From positions 77,979 to 141,978 of the IMG/VR virus record IMGVR_UViG_3300000203_000003: DNA of 64,000 nt. The stretch is one strand, 5' to 3'. Below are positions 50,923 through 58,668 of the stretch, piece after piece. The notes beneath the pieces were generated by a model. The model saw only the letters and a list, made by a program, of their open reading frames with translations. It had not been told where the DNA came from and did no database searches. This DNA is from a virus. Lineage: Duplodnaviria > Caudoviricetes. How positions within the stretch are numbered: position 1 is the stretch's first letter; the number at the start of each line of letters is the position of its first letter. The translations under genes and the position numbers were made by a program.

Positions 50923-51770
50923 GAGCAAATGAATTTATCAATGAGGGGATTGAACGACTACGACCTGACGATTACGAAGGTGGTAAGGGCTATTTAGGTG
51001 GCACAGACTCCGGCAAGAAAGTATCTGCCTTACCAGGTGGCAGCGGTCTTTTGTACAGTATAGGGAGTGGTAACTGGGGAAGCACCGCTATTAGAATTTG
51101 GGATCCGAACGGAGAAGACTTTATTCAGGCTAAACGAAGAGGTGCAGAATCAAAGCCAGTTATTCAACGCCGTCGATTCCATGGTAGAGTACGCGACTGG
51201 GAACGAGAACAACAAAAACTAAAAGCACCGGGTCAATTAATCGGTGAACTTACTGTGGATAAGGCAAAATCTTTTCCCCTGAAGAATGCTGTTAAAGTTG
51301 GAACAATCACAGTTGACGAGGACTATCGTGGCATAGGTCTGGCCAAAGCATTATACGGCATTGTGCTGACTATATTGAAGTTACCATTACTAGCCGGGAC
51401 AAGTCAAACACCTGGCGGCCGCAAGAACTGGGTTAGCATATCAGGAATCCCGGGCGTGGATATGAAAGGGTATGTGTCTGTCCATGATGATAATTTAACT
51501 ACCATAAAAATAGATCCCTACGCCCGGAGAGGCGATAAACAGTATGATGAAAAACGTAATAAAAAGGCTGATCAGACGATTGACATCATCATGGGACAAT
51601 TAGGCGGACAGTATATTGGTAAGGGCGGGTATGGTTCCTTATACTTTGCATTTGATGTGCAGCCCAATGACACCGGGAAAGAATTAGAAGCCGCTGTAAA
51701 AACTAAGTTAAGCACTGTATATAGTGGTGAATATAACTCCGGACTATACGCCGTCTGGACAGGAAAATGA
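50919..51770 (+). CDS. GNAT acetyltransferase-like protein
   Basis: VDEDYRGIGLAKALY..QTPGGRKNW; N-term MRANEFINE. Confidence 0.75.
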   Translation: MRANEFINEGIERLRPDDYEGGKGYLGGTDSGKKVSALPGGSGLLYSIGSGNWGSTAIRIWDPNGEDFIQAKRRGAESKPVIQRRRFHGRVRDWEREQQKLKAPGQLIGELTVDKAKSFPLKNAVKVGTITVDEDYRGIGLAKALYGIVLTILKLPLLAGTSQTPGGRKNWVSISGIPGVDMKGYVSVHDDNLTTIKIDPYARRGDKQYDEKRNKKADQTIDIIMGQLGGQYIGKGGYGSLYFAFDVQPNDTGKELEAAVKTKLSTVYSGEYNSGLYAVWTGK

Positions 51771-51846
51771 GATTATACGAGCGCAAACTACAGACCGGAC
51801 AGACTATCCGCGAAACTGTATTCGGTAAACCTAAGCTAAAATAAAG

Positions 51847-52494
51847 TTATCTCAGCATTCCAGGTGCAAACCCCTCGGGGCAATCAAAGGTTAAAATAGA
51901 AACTTCCCCGTTATTAAACCAGTGTTTACCAAATGACGGATTATTAGCCCCGGTCATATTTATTCCATGCTCAACTCGCTTCTTTCCTGTATGGGCGGCA
52001 GCTACCTTAGCATTACGATCTGTAGAATATGTATATCCCTTTCTACTTTTGCTAATAGCCGCTCTGCGTTCCAAGGAATGTGGTCCCCTCTTTACACCCT
52101 TCAATGCCCGACTTTGTTTAAGACGCGCCTCTGATGATGGAATGGAGCCGAGGCGTTTTTCTCTGATCTTATCCTTAGTGTCTTGGGAATGTTTAAAACC
52201 AGAAATTCCCTCACCGCCCGCTGTTTTATTGCGAAGTATACCGGTGTTTTCATTTTTGCGACCGTACCAACGAATATAAAATCTTTCTAAAGCAAGCGCG
52301 CCGACCTCTGATAAGTTGGCCTCTAAAATAATTATTCTGGAATGATCTTTGGGTGTTCTGAATACTTCCGTTTTTGCGTGTTTCCATGCTCGCTTGTCCT
52401 GTCCCTTACCAATGTAATACGGGGTGTTATCATCACGCAAATATGCGTATGTATAAAATCCATCGGGTGGATTTTTGTATGAATAAATAGTCAT
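51847..52494 (-). CDS. Free-standing GIY-YIG-like endonuclease with NUMOD3
   Basis: FYTYAYLR..PYYIGKG, ILRNKTAGGEG, GFKHSQDTK, GKHWFNNG. Confidence 0.85.
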   Translation of the reverse strand: MTIYSYKNPPDGFYTYAYLRDDNTPYYIGKGQDKRAWKHAKTEVFRTPKDHSRIIILEANLSEVGALALERFYIRWYGRKNENTGILRNKTAGGEGISGFKHSQDTKDKIREKRLGSIPSSEARLKQSRALKGVKRGPHSLERRAAISKSRKGYTYSTDRNAKVAAAHTGKKRVEHGINMTGANNPSFGKHWFNNGEVSILTFDCPEGFAPGMLR

Positions 52495-52563
52495 GCTGAT
52501 TGCTCCTCAAAAGCGTTAGAGCGGTTAGGGTCTGATCACCAGCGAACCGCACTATCTATTTAT
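52483..52563 (-). promoter_or_regulatory. Conserved structured endonuclease leader, copy D
   Basis: - strand: ATAAATAGATAGT-GCGGTT-CGC-TGGT-GATCAG-ACCC-T-AACCGC-TCTAAC-GCTT-TTGAG-GAGC-AATCAGC-ATG-ACTATTTAT. Confidence 0.85.
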
Positions 52564-52573
52564 ACCAAACTAC

Positions 52574-52602
52574 TTGCTTTTATGATTTATTCGTTATATA
52601 AT
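52574..52602 (+). promoter_or_regulatory. Sigma70-type promoter for the polymerase operon
   Basis: TTGCTT-17-TATAAT. Confidence 0.6.
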
Positions 52603-52623
52603 GAATCTTTAAAGGAATTTATC

Positions 52624-52881
52624 ATGGATACAATTTTTAGTGGCGACCAAAAATTAAAGTTAAACGCGCTCTTTAACGAGTGTCTTCCGGTCATGACCGA
52701 AATCGAAACTCTCAGCGGGGGATTAACTGATACTATCAAAGCAGTAGGTGAGGAGTTAGAAATCAAACCCAGTATATTAAAACGGGCAATGAAAATCGCT
52801 CATAAAGCCTCACTTGGTCAGACTAATGTTGACCATGACGCGCTAAATACCGTACTGGAAGCAGTCGGGAAAACTCTCTAA
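52624..52881 (+). CDS. Small helical dsDNA-binding protein (T4 DsbA/GapR-like)
   Basis: EIE.L...L.DTIK....EL.I.P..L.RA.K pattern; start ATG 52624 with SD AAGGA. Confidence 0.5.
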   Translation: MDTIFSGDQKLKLNALFNECLPVMTEIETLSGGLTDTIKAVGEELEIKPSILKRAMKIAHKASLGQTNVDHDALNTVLEAVGKTL

Positions 52882-54572
52882 TGTCATTTGTTGACGCAAT
52901 CCACAATAAAGACTCTGAGCAGATCGTTGTTGTAGAACGGGACAAGGACGGTAAGCGTCAGTATAAAGAGTATCAGGCAAACTATACATTTTACTACGCG
53001 GATCCCAAAGGCAAGTATCGCGGGCTGAGTGCGGGCACCGCACTCCCGGTCAGTCGATTCTCCTGCCGAAAGCGAACAGAGTTTGAAAAAGAACGACGAA
53101 TAAACTCCGGCAAGAAAATGTTTGAGAGTGATATTGGCGTTGTGGGCAGATGCCTTAGTGAGAACTATCGCAACATTGATGCTCCCAAACTTCACACTTG
53201 CTTCTTCGACATTGAAACTGACTTCGATCCTGACAAAGGCTTCTCCCCTGCATCAGAAGCGATGAACAAGATCACTGCTATCTCAATGTATCTTGACTGG
53301 CTTGATCGTCTTGTCACTCTTGTCATTGCTCCTAAGCACATGACGCCGGAGACAGCACAAGAAATCTGCGATTCGTTCGAGGACACCATGCTGTTCACCA
53401 GTGAGAAGGACATGTTCGATGTGTTCTTTCAGTTGATTGACGATGCCGATGTGTTAACTGGTTGGAACTCTGAAGGATACGACATACCCTACATGGTTAA
53501 TCGTGTCACCCGAGTTATGAGCAAGAACGACACACGAAAGTTCTGTTTACTAGGTCAGCTACCTAAGGCTCGCACATACGAACGCTTCGGCAAAGAAGAA
53601 ACAACTTACGACTTGATCGGTCGTATTCATCTTGACTATCTTCAACTCTACAAAAAGTACAACTACGAGAGTCGCCACAGCTACAAACTAGATGCTATTG
53701 GCGAGTTAGAAGTTCACGAAAACAAGACTTCATACGAGGGTACTCTGGATCAGTTGTATAACAAAGACTTCAAAAAGTTCATTGAATACAACAGACAAGA
53801 TACGAAGTTGGTATATAAGATCCATGCTAAAGTTCACTTTCTTGAACTGGCAAATCAACTGGCACACGAAAACACCGTGTTGATTCCGGTTGTCATGGGT
53901 ACAGTGGCAATGGTTGAAATGGCGATCATGAACGAAGCTCATGATCATGGTCTGGTAGTTCCTGATAAAAAACGAAGGGTTGAAAATGATGATATCCAAC
54001 AACAAGCGGCAGGTGCCTATGTTGCTACTCCCAAAAAGGGAATTCACGAATGGGTCGGAGCAGTTGACATTAACTCGCTCTATCCCTCAACGATCCGGGC
54101 GCTTAACATGGCGCCAGAAACCATCATTGCTCAGGTCAGACAAACACTGACAGATCAGTTCATGCACGAAAAGGGCATGAGACTGGCACGTGAGAAGAAA
54201 CGCCACAAAGATGGCGACGATGATGTGACGGGAAGTGTCCTCTGGGAAGGTTTGTTCGGGTCGTTAGAATACACCTCGATCATGAACCAAGAACGCGGCA
54301 CTCTGCTGACGATTGACTACGAAGATGGACGCACTGAGGAGAAAAGTGCTGCTGAAATCTGGAAGATGATCTTTGACAGTCACAATCCATGGATGATCAG
54401 TGCGAACGGCACGATCTTCTCGTATGCTAATCAAGGTATCATCCCGGGACTACTTGGTAAGTGGTACAGTGATCGTAAGGCTCAACAACGGAAAATGAAA
54501 CTCTGTTCTGAACTTGCCGCGGGGATAGATGTAGACGATGAAATGGTAGCTTTACTTAATCATAGTCCGTAG
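52881..54572 (+). CDS. gp43: Family B DNA polymerase, N-terminal part (exonuclease, motif A, first fingers helix)
   Basis: FFDIET, GWNS..YD.PY, YN..D, VDINSLYPS, GIIPGLL.KWY..RK. Confidence 0.92.
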   Translation: MSFVDAIHNKDSEQIVVVERDKDGKRQYKEYQANYTFYYADPKGKYRGLSAGTALPVSRFSCRKRTEFEKERRINSGKKMFESDIGVVGRCLSENYRNIDAPKLHTCFFDIETDFDPDKGFSPASEAMNKITAISMYLDWLDRLVTLVIAPKHMTPETAQEICDSFEDTMLFTSEKDMFDVFFQLIDDADVLTGWNSEGYDIPYMVNRVTRVMSKNDTRKFCLLGQLPKARTYERFGKEETTYDLIGRIHLDYLQLYKKYNYESRHSYKLDAIGELEVHENKTSYEGTLDQLYNKDFKKFIEYNRQDTKLVYKIHAKVHFLELANQLAHENTVLIPVVMGTVAMVEMAIMNEAHDHGLVVPDKKRRVENDDIQQQAAGAYVATPKKGIHEWVGAVDINSLYPSTIRALNMAPETIIAQVRQTLTDQFMHEKGMRLAREKKRHKDGDDDVTGSVLWEGLFGSLEYTSIMNQERGTLLTIDYEDGRTEEKSAAEIWKMIFDSHNPWMISANGTIFSYANQGIIPGLLGKWYSDRKAQQRKMKLCSELAAGIDVDDEMVALLNHSP

Positions 54573-55250
54573 TTGAGAAAGGGATGACACGAAGATGAAG
54601 TTTTTTACAAGATCCCGTTTTCTGTAAATCCTTTCTAAATACCATTCTTTTCCTATACTGCTAACTTCTACATAAGTATCCAAACTTTTAATATATGCAT
54701 CCGCTGTTCTTCTATCATCAACCGAATATTCTTTTTGTAATATGATATCCGATAATCCAAACTTACCAATAAGATATTCACAGCACGTTGCCTCCAAGGT
54801 TGATGAATATTTACGGCCATCATGTTCGACTGGTTTTGACCACGTTCCTTCTCTTATTTTATGTGGGGTGCAAACCGGACAACGTTTGCGGTGTTCGTCA
54901 GTGCGTAATATTACCTCGAGGGAAGACTTTACTATATGACCACAATGGTGTTTAAAATGCAGCGGTAAATATGAGTTTTTGTATTCGTTATCGTCAACTA
55001 TTTCCCATTGACCGGGCAATAAACTCGTCTTTACCAAGTCAATCGGTTTGCGAACTCTCAACTGGAAACAATGACGACAACCTATTCCATTCAAGACTTG
55101 CCTGGGTTGCGTATTCCAAATATTGTTACAGGTATGACACATATGATTTATTTTAAAGGTGATACCATTATAAGGTTCCAACGCGGTGTAACCGAGTTTT
55201 TTTACGGCAGCAGAGTAAGTGCTTTCATTGTATTTTTTATTTAACCCCAT
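54552..55250 (-). CDS. Zn-ribbon + PD-(D/E)XK-like putative endonuclease interrupting polB
   Basis: CHTC, CRHC, HHCGH, CPVC; YSSTLE..ADAY..YVEV; SD AGGAGA. Confidence 0.7.
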   Translation of the reverse strand: MGLNKKYNESTYSAAVKKLGYTALEPYNGITFKINHMCHTCNNIWNTQPRQVLNGIGCRHCFQLRVRKPIDLVKTSLLPGQWEIVDDNEYKNSYLPLHFKHHCGHIVKSSLEVILRTDEHRKRCPVCTPHKIREGTWSKPVEHDGRKYSSTLEATCCEYLIGKFGLSDIILQKEYSVDDRRTADAYIKSLDTYVEVSSIGKEWYLERIYRKRDLVKNFIFVSSLSQLRTMIK

Positions 55251-55259
55251 ATTATCTCC

Positions 55260-55275
55260 TATAAATACTATTTAT
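55260..55275. promoter_or_regulatory. Palindromic double late promoter
   Basis: T-ATAAATA-C-TATTTAT between divergent genes. Confidence 0.65.
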
Positions 55276-55299
55276 CATTGACAGAAAGATTATGCAAAA

Positions 55300-56547
55300 A
55301 TGGATGTAGAACATATTAAACACTTGGTAAAAACCAGAAATGTATCGGAATTGCGACAATATATGAAGTTGCATAACCTTGTGATTAAAAATGGGAAGAT
55401 AGTCGCTTCACAGGAGAAAATAAAGGAATTTACAGATTATTGGGACAAGCGACAACTGGTCAGAAAGATTTTGTTGAACTCAGCTTACGGTGCCCTGTTG
55501 AATGAACACTGTCGTTTCTACGATAAGCGTATCGGTCAATCGGTTACTCTATCAGGCAGGCAGATTGTGAAGCACATGAGCGCACACATCAATGAAATCG
55601 TCACCGGAGAGTATGACTACACCGGGCAAGCAATCGTATACGGTGACACTGACTCTTGTTATTTCTCTGCATGGCCTCTGATGAAGGATGAAGTTGCTGC
55701 TAGCACAATGACTTGGAGCAAAGACGTTGCTATTCAGTTGTACGACAATATCGCTGATCAGATCAATGACGGGTTCGCTGGCTTTATGGAGAAGTCGTTT
55801 CATGCTCCACGCAAGAACGGCGAAATCATCAAAGCAGGTCGAGAACTGGTTGCTGATCGGTCGTTGTTTATCACTAAGAAGCGGTATGCTCTGAACATCT
55901 ACGACAAAGAAGGCAAGCGTCTGGATCAGTATGACATGGACAAGGCTAAGAAGAACGGTGTCAGATTCGGCATTGGTCAAATCAAGGCTATGGGTCTTGA
56001 TCTGAAACGCGCTGACACACCTAAGTATGTTCAAGAGTTCCTGATGCGAGTGTTGGAGATGGTCCTTGATGGTAAAGATCGTCAGGATATCATTGAGGTT
56101 ATCAAGACGTTCAAAACTGAATTGGGCAACCAAGACGGATGGACAAAGGGTTCGCCTAAGTCAGTTAACAAGCTGACGATGTATGGTGAAGCGGAAGAGA
56201 AAAGTCGAACAGGCAGGGCAAACATGCCTGGTCACGTTCGGGCTGCTATCAACTGGAACTGGCTGCGTCGAGTCCATAACGACAACTACTCAATGAAGAT
56301 CATGGATGGCATGAAGATTGTGGTATGTAAGCTGAAAAACAACCCATTGGGTTACACCAGCATTGCATACCCAGTTGATGAAATGAGATTGCCAGAATGG
56401 TTCAAAGAACTTCCGTTCGACAATCTATTAATGGAAAAGACGTTAGTTGATGAAAAGATCGACAACTTACTCGGTGTTATGAACTGGGACTTACGTTCCA
56501 ATACAGACACCAACTCTACAGTTGATTCTCTATTCACCTTCGGTTAA
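55300..56547 (+). CDS. gp43: Family B DNA polymerase, C-terminal part (motifs B and C, thumb)
   Basis: QLVRKILLNSAYG, YGDTDS, KKRY, KAMGLDLKR.DTP. Confidence 0.92.
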   Translation: MDVEHIKHLVKTRNVSELRQYMKLHNLVIKNGKIVASQEKIKEFTDYWDKRQLVRKILLNSAYGALLNEHCRFYDKRIGQSVTLSGRQIVKHMSAHINEIVTGEYDYTGQAIVYGDTDSCYFSAWPLMKDEVAASTMTWSKDVAIQLYDNIADQINDGFAGFMEKSFHAPRKNGEIIKAGRELVADRSLFITKKRYALNIYDKEGKRLDQYDMDKAKKNGVRFGIGQIKAMGLDLKRADTPKYVQEFLMRVLEMVLDGKDRQDIIEVIKTFKTELGNQDGWTKGSPKSVNKLTMYGEAEEKSRTGRANMPGHVRAAINWNWLRRVHNDNYSMKIMDGMKIVVCKLKNNPLGYTSIAYPVDEMRLPEWFKELPFDNLLMEKTLVDEKIDNLLGVMNWDLRSNTDTNSTVDSLFTFG

Positions 56548-57259
56548 ACTTACACTTATCAAAGTGCCATTGTTTCATTGCCCCTCCTGCTCCTACTTTG
56601 GAGCAATGGGGACAAGTCACTTCAGCCATTTTTATTCCGGCCATCTTTTTGCTTATGTTTAGACGGGCCTCCTCGGTGTGCTTTCTCCCTGTATTTTTGG
56701 CACTAATCTTCTCCTTAGTCTCGATGGAGTGAGTTTTTCCGTTAAACGGGCCTGTACCAAAAAACTTGTTATTGGGCCCTCGATGTAAATCACAGAAGGC
56801 ATCCGTGTGTTTCTTGCCGGCGTTTTTAAGTCCTATCTTTTCCTTGGTAATGCCAGACATTATGGTACCAGTATGTGAATAGCTCATTTTACGCTTAGTT
56901 AGATCAGAATGTGTCCGTCCTTTACCTTTGCGTGAAATTTCCGCTCGTCCTTTAGGACCACAATCACCACCTTCCCCGGCTTCAGGTTTTAGGTTGGCCC
57001 AAGTCTTTTTGCCCAGGACATCACAGGCATCCACTACATTCCATAATTCGCTGTAATACAACCCGCGATCTTTGATTTCTGTTTTAGATTGGCATTCATG
57101 TAATATTTCCGTCGTGATTTCTTTTCCATGTTTTTTGAGATGTGTTTTCCAATACTCACCGGAACCGAGGTATTTATATGGGTCTGCTTTTCCTGTGTAG
57201 CCGAGATATTTAAGACCTGTTATTTTATGGGTCTTAACATAGAGATAATAAATAGTCAT
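56534..57259 (-). CDS. Free-standing GIY-YIG-like endonuclease (MTIYY family) with NUMOD3 and CPHC finger
   Basis: IYYLYVKTH.ITGLKYLGYT, YLGSG, WANLKPE, GKTHSIETK, CPHC..WHFDKC. Confidence 0.85.
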   Translation of the reverse strand: MTIYYLYVKTHKITGLKYLGYTGKADPYKYLGSGEYWKTHLKKHGKEITTEILHECQSKTEIKDRGLYYSELWNVVDACDVLGKKTWANLKPEAGEGGDCGPKGRAEISRKGKGRTHSDLTKRKMSYSHTGTIMSGITKEKIGLKNAGKKHTDAFCDLHRGPNNKFFGTGPFNGKTHSIETKEKISAKNTGRKHTEEARLNISKKMAGIKMAEVTCPHCSKVGAGGAMKQWHFDKCKFNRR

Positions 57260-57328
57260 GCTGATTGCTCCTTTGTAGCGTTAGAGAGGGCAGGAATTCG
57301 TTGTTCCGTGGCTCTCACTTTTATTTAT
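57248..57328 (-). promoter_or_regulatory. Conserved structured endonuclease leader, copy E
   Basis: - strand: ATAAATAAAAGT-GAGAGC-CAC-GGAA-CAACGAA-TTCC-T-GCCCTC-TCTAAC-GCT-ACAAAGG-AGC-AATCAGC-ATG-ACTATTTAT. Confidence 0.85.
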
Positions 57329-57358
57329 CCCTTTATCATCACTTGGGCATTTAAGTCA

Positions 57359-57387
57359 TTGACTTGTGTAAAATATTCCTATATAAT
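57359..57387 (+). promoter_or_regulatory. Sigma70-type promoter
   Basis: TTGACT-17-TATAAT. Confidence 0.7.
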
Positions 57388-57430
57388 ACACGTTAACGCT
57401 ATGTAAATAGTTTAACATAAAGGAAAAAAT

Positions 57431-58162
57431 ATGAAGGATGTCCTCAAAGATTTAATCGAACACACGCACGGTCTGGGCTGCGTAGAACTTATCAAGGTTA
57501 CCGGAACTGATAAGGAAACAACTATCAACGCCGTAGCAGAAGATAAGTCTGTTATCGTCAGCGGAACATTCGCCAAGCCAGTCGCTGATTTTATCGGCGT
57601 ATTTGGCATGCCTAATCTGGGCAAGCTGAAAACTATTTTGGGCTTTGATGACTACGATGATACATCAACCGTTAACGTCACCCGTGTACAGAAAGACGGA
57701 GCAGATGTGCCAAGTAGTATTCACTTTGAAACGAAGACCGGCGACTTCATCAACGATTATCGACTGATGTTGAAGTCTATCGTTGACGAAAAGGTCAAGG
57801 CAGTCACTTTTGCTGGTGCAACCTGGAACGTCGAGTTTGAACCAACTATCGCTGGTATCATGCGTCTGAAAAAGCAAGCATCAGCTAACTCAGAAGAAGC
57901 AAACTTTGTCACCAAAGTCGAGAATGGCGATCTGAAGATTTACTTCGGTGACGCAAGCACTCACTCTGGTAACTTCGTGTTTCAGCCTACTGTTAAGGGA
58001 TCACTAAGTCGCACCTGGATGTGGCCGGTCAAGCAGTTTCTTGGCATCATGGACCTAGTCGGTGACAAGAAGGTCTATATCGCTGATGCTGGAGCAATGA
58101 AAATCACGGTTGACAGCGGTGTCGCAGTTTACACTTATCTACTACCAGCACAAGCAAAATGA
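57431..58162 (+). CDS. Putative sliding clamp (gp45/PCNA-like)
   Basis: 243 aa with two alpha/beta repeats, FG..NL.KL..IL, C-terminal Y.Y.LP; next to polB, with a clamp loader in the window. Confidence 0.6.
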   Translation: MKDVLKDLIEHTHGLGCVELIKVTGTDKETTINAVAEDKSVIVSGTFAKPVADFIGVFGMPNLGKLKTILGFDDYDDTSTVNVTRVQKDGADVPSSIHFETKTGDFINDYRLMLKSIVDEKVKAVTFAGATWNVEFEPTIAGIMRLKKQASANSEEANFVTKVENGDLKIYFGDASTHSGNFVFQPTVKGSLSRTWMWPVKQFLGIMDLVGDKKVYIADAGAMKITVDSGVAVYTYLLPAQAK

Positions 58163-58524
58163 TCAAGGCTGTATGCGGCACCGGGTCTATCATCGTTAAC
58201 GGCGGGCACCCTAGTTACCCGTATTTCCCTATGAACAATAATCCGATGACAGGAATGGTGCGGTTTAATCCCAGCAATCAGAATACCGAAGTATTTGACG
58301 GCGCTGGCTGGAGCGGACAGAGCAGCGCCGTCCCGATGATCGGATTAAGTCCTGATGCTGAGGCAGCGATTACATGGGCCATTACGAAGATGGAAAATGA
58401 GGCGTATATTCTTGGATTGTCTAAAGAATATCCCGCAGTCAAATACTTGCTTGATCAGCAAAACGATATTAAACACAAAATAGACATGGTGGTGGCACTG
58501 GTCAAACCAGAAGTAAAAGTATGA
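58159..58524 (+). CDS. Hypothetical protein
   Basis: Coupled ORF. Confidence 0.55.
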   Translation: MIKAVCGTGSIIVNGGHPSYPYFPMNNNPMTGMVRFNPSNQNTEVFDGAGWSGQSSAVPMIGLSPDAEAAITWAITKMENEAYILGLSKEYPAVKYLLDQQNDIKHKIDMVVALVKPEVKV

Positions 58525-58532
58525 TCGAGAGA

Positions 58533-58637
58533 TTAGCGGAATCTACACTTATCAAAATGATAGGCAATCATTCCGCTACCTTTCCCTGTTTTTCCGCAGT
58601 GCGGGCAAATAATAGTTGGCTTTGCTAATAATGTTGA
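58533..58637 (-). pseudogene. Relic 3' end of a homing endonuclease gene
   Basis: Manual translation ..KPTIICPHCGKTGKGSGMIAYHFDKCRFR*; no start codon upstream of the CPHC motif. Confidence 0.8.
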
Positions 58638-58662
58638 CTATCTTCTATTAATCCTATATAAT
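58634..58662 (+). promoter_or_regulatory. Sigma70-type promoter
   Basis: TTGACT-17-TATAAT; ATG 6 nt downstream. Confidence 0.7.
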
Positions 58663-58668
58663 ATTCAT

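Noticed and set aside
54500-55400. Split intein or group I intron at the polymerase break
   Set aside because: The Cys-starting tail lacks intein block A; HN in the C-part is followed by Leu rather than C/S/T; the nuclease fills the gap, leaving no room for an intron core.
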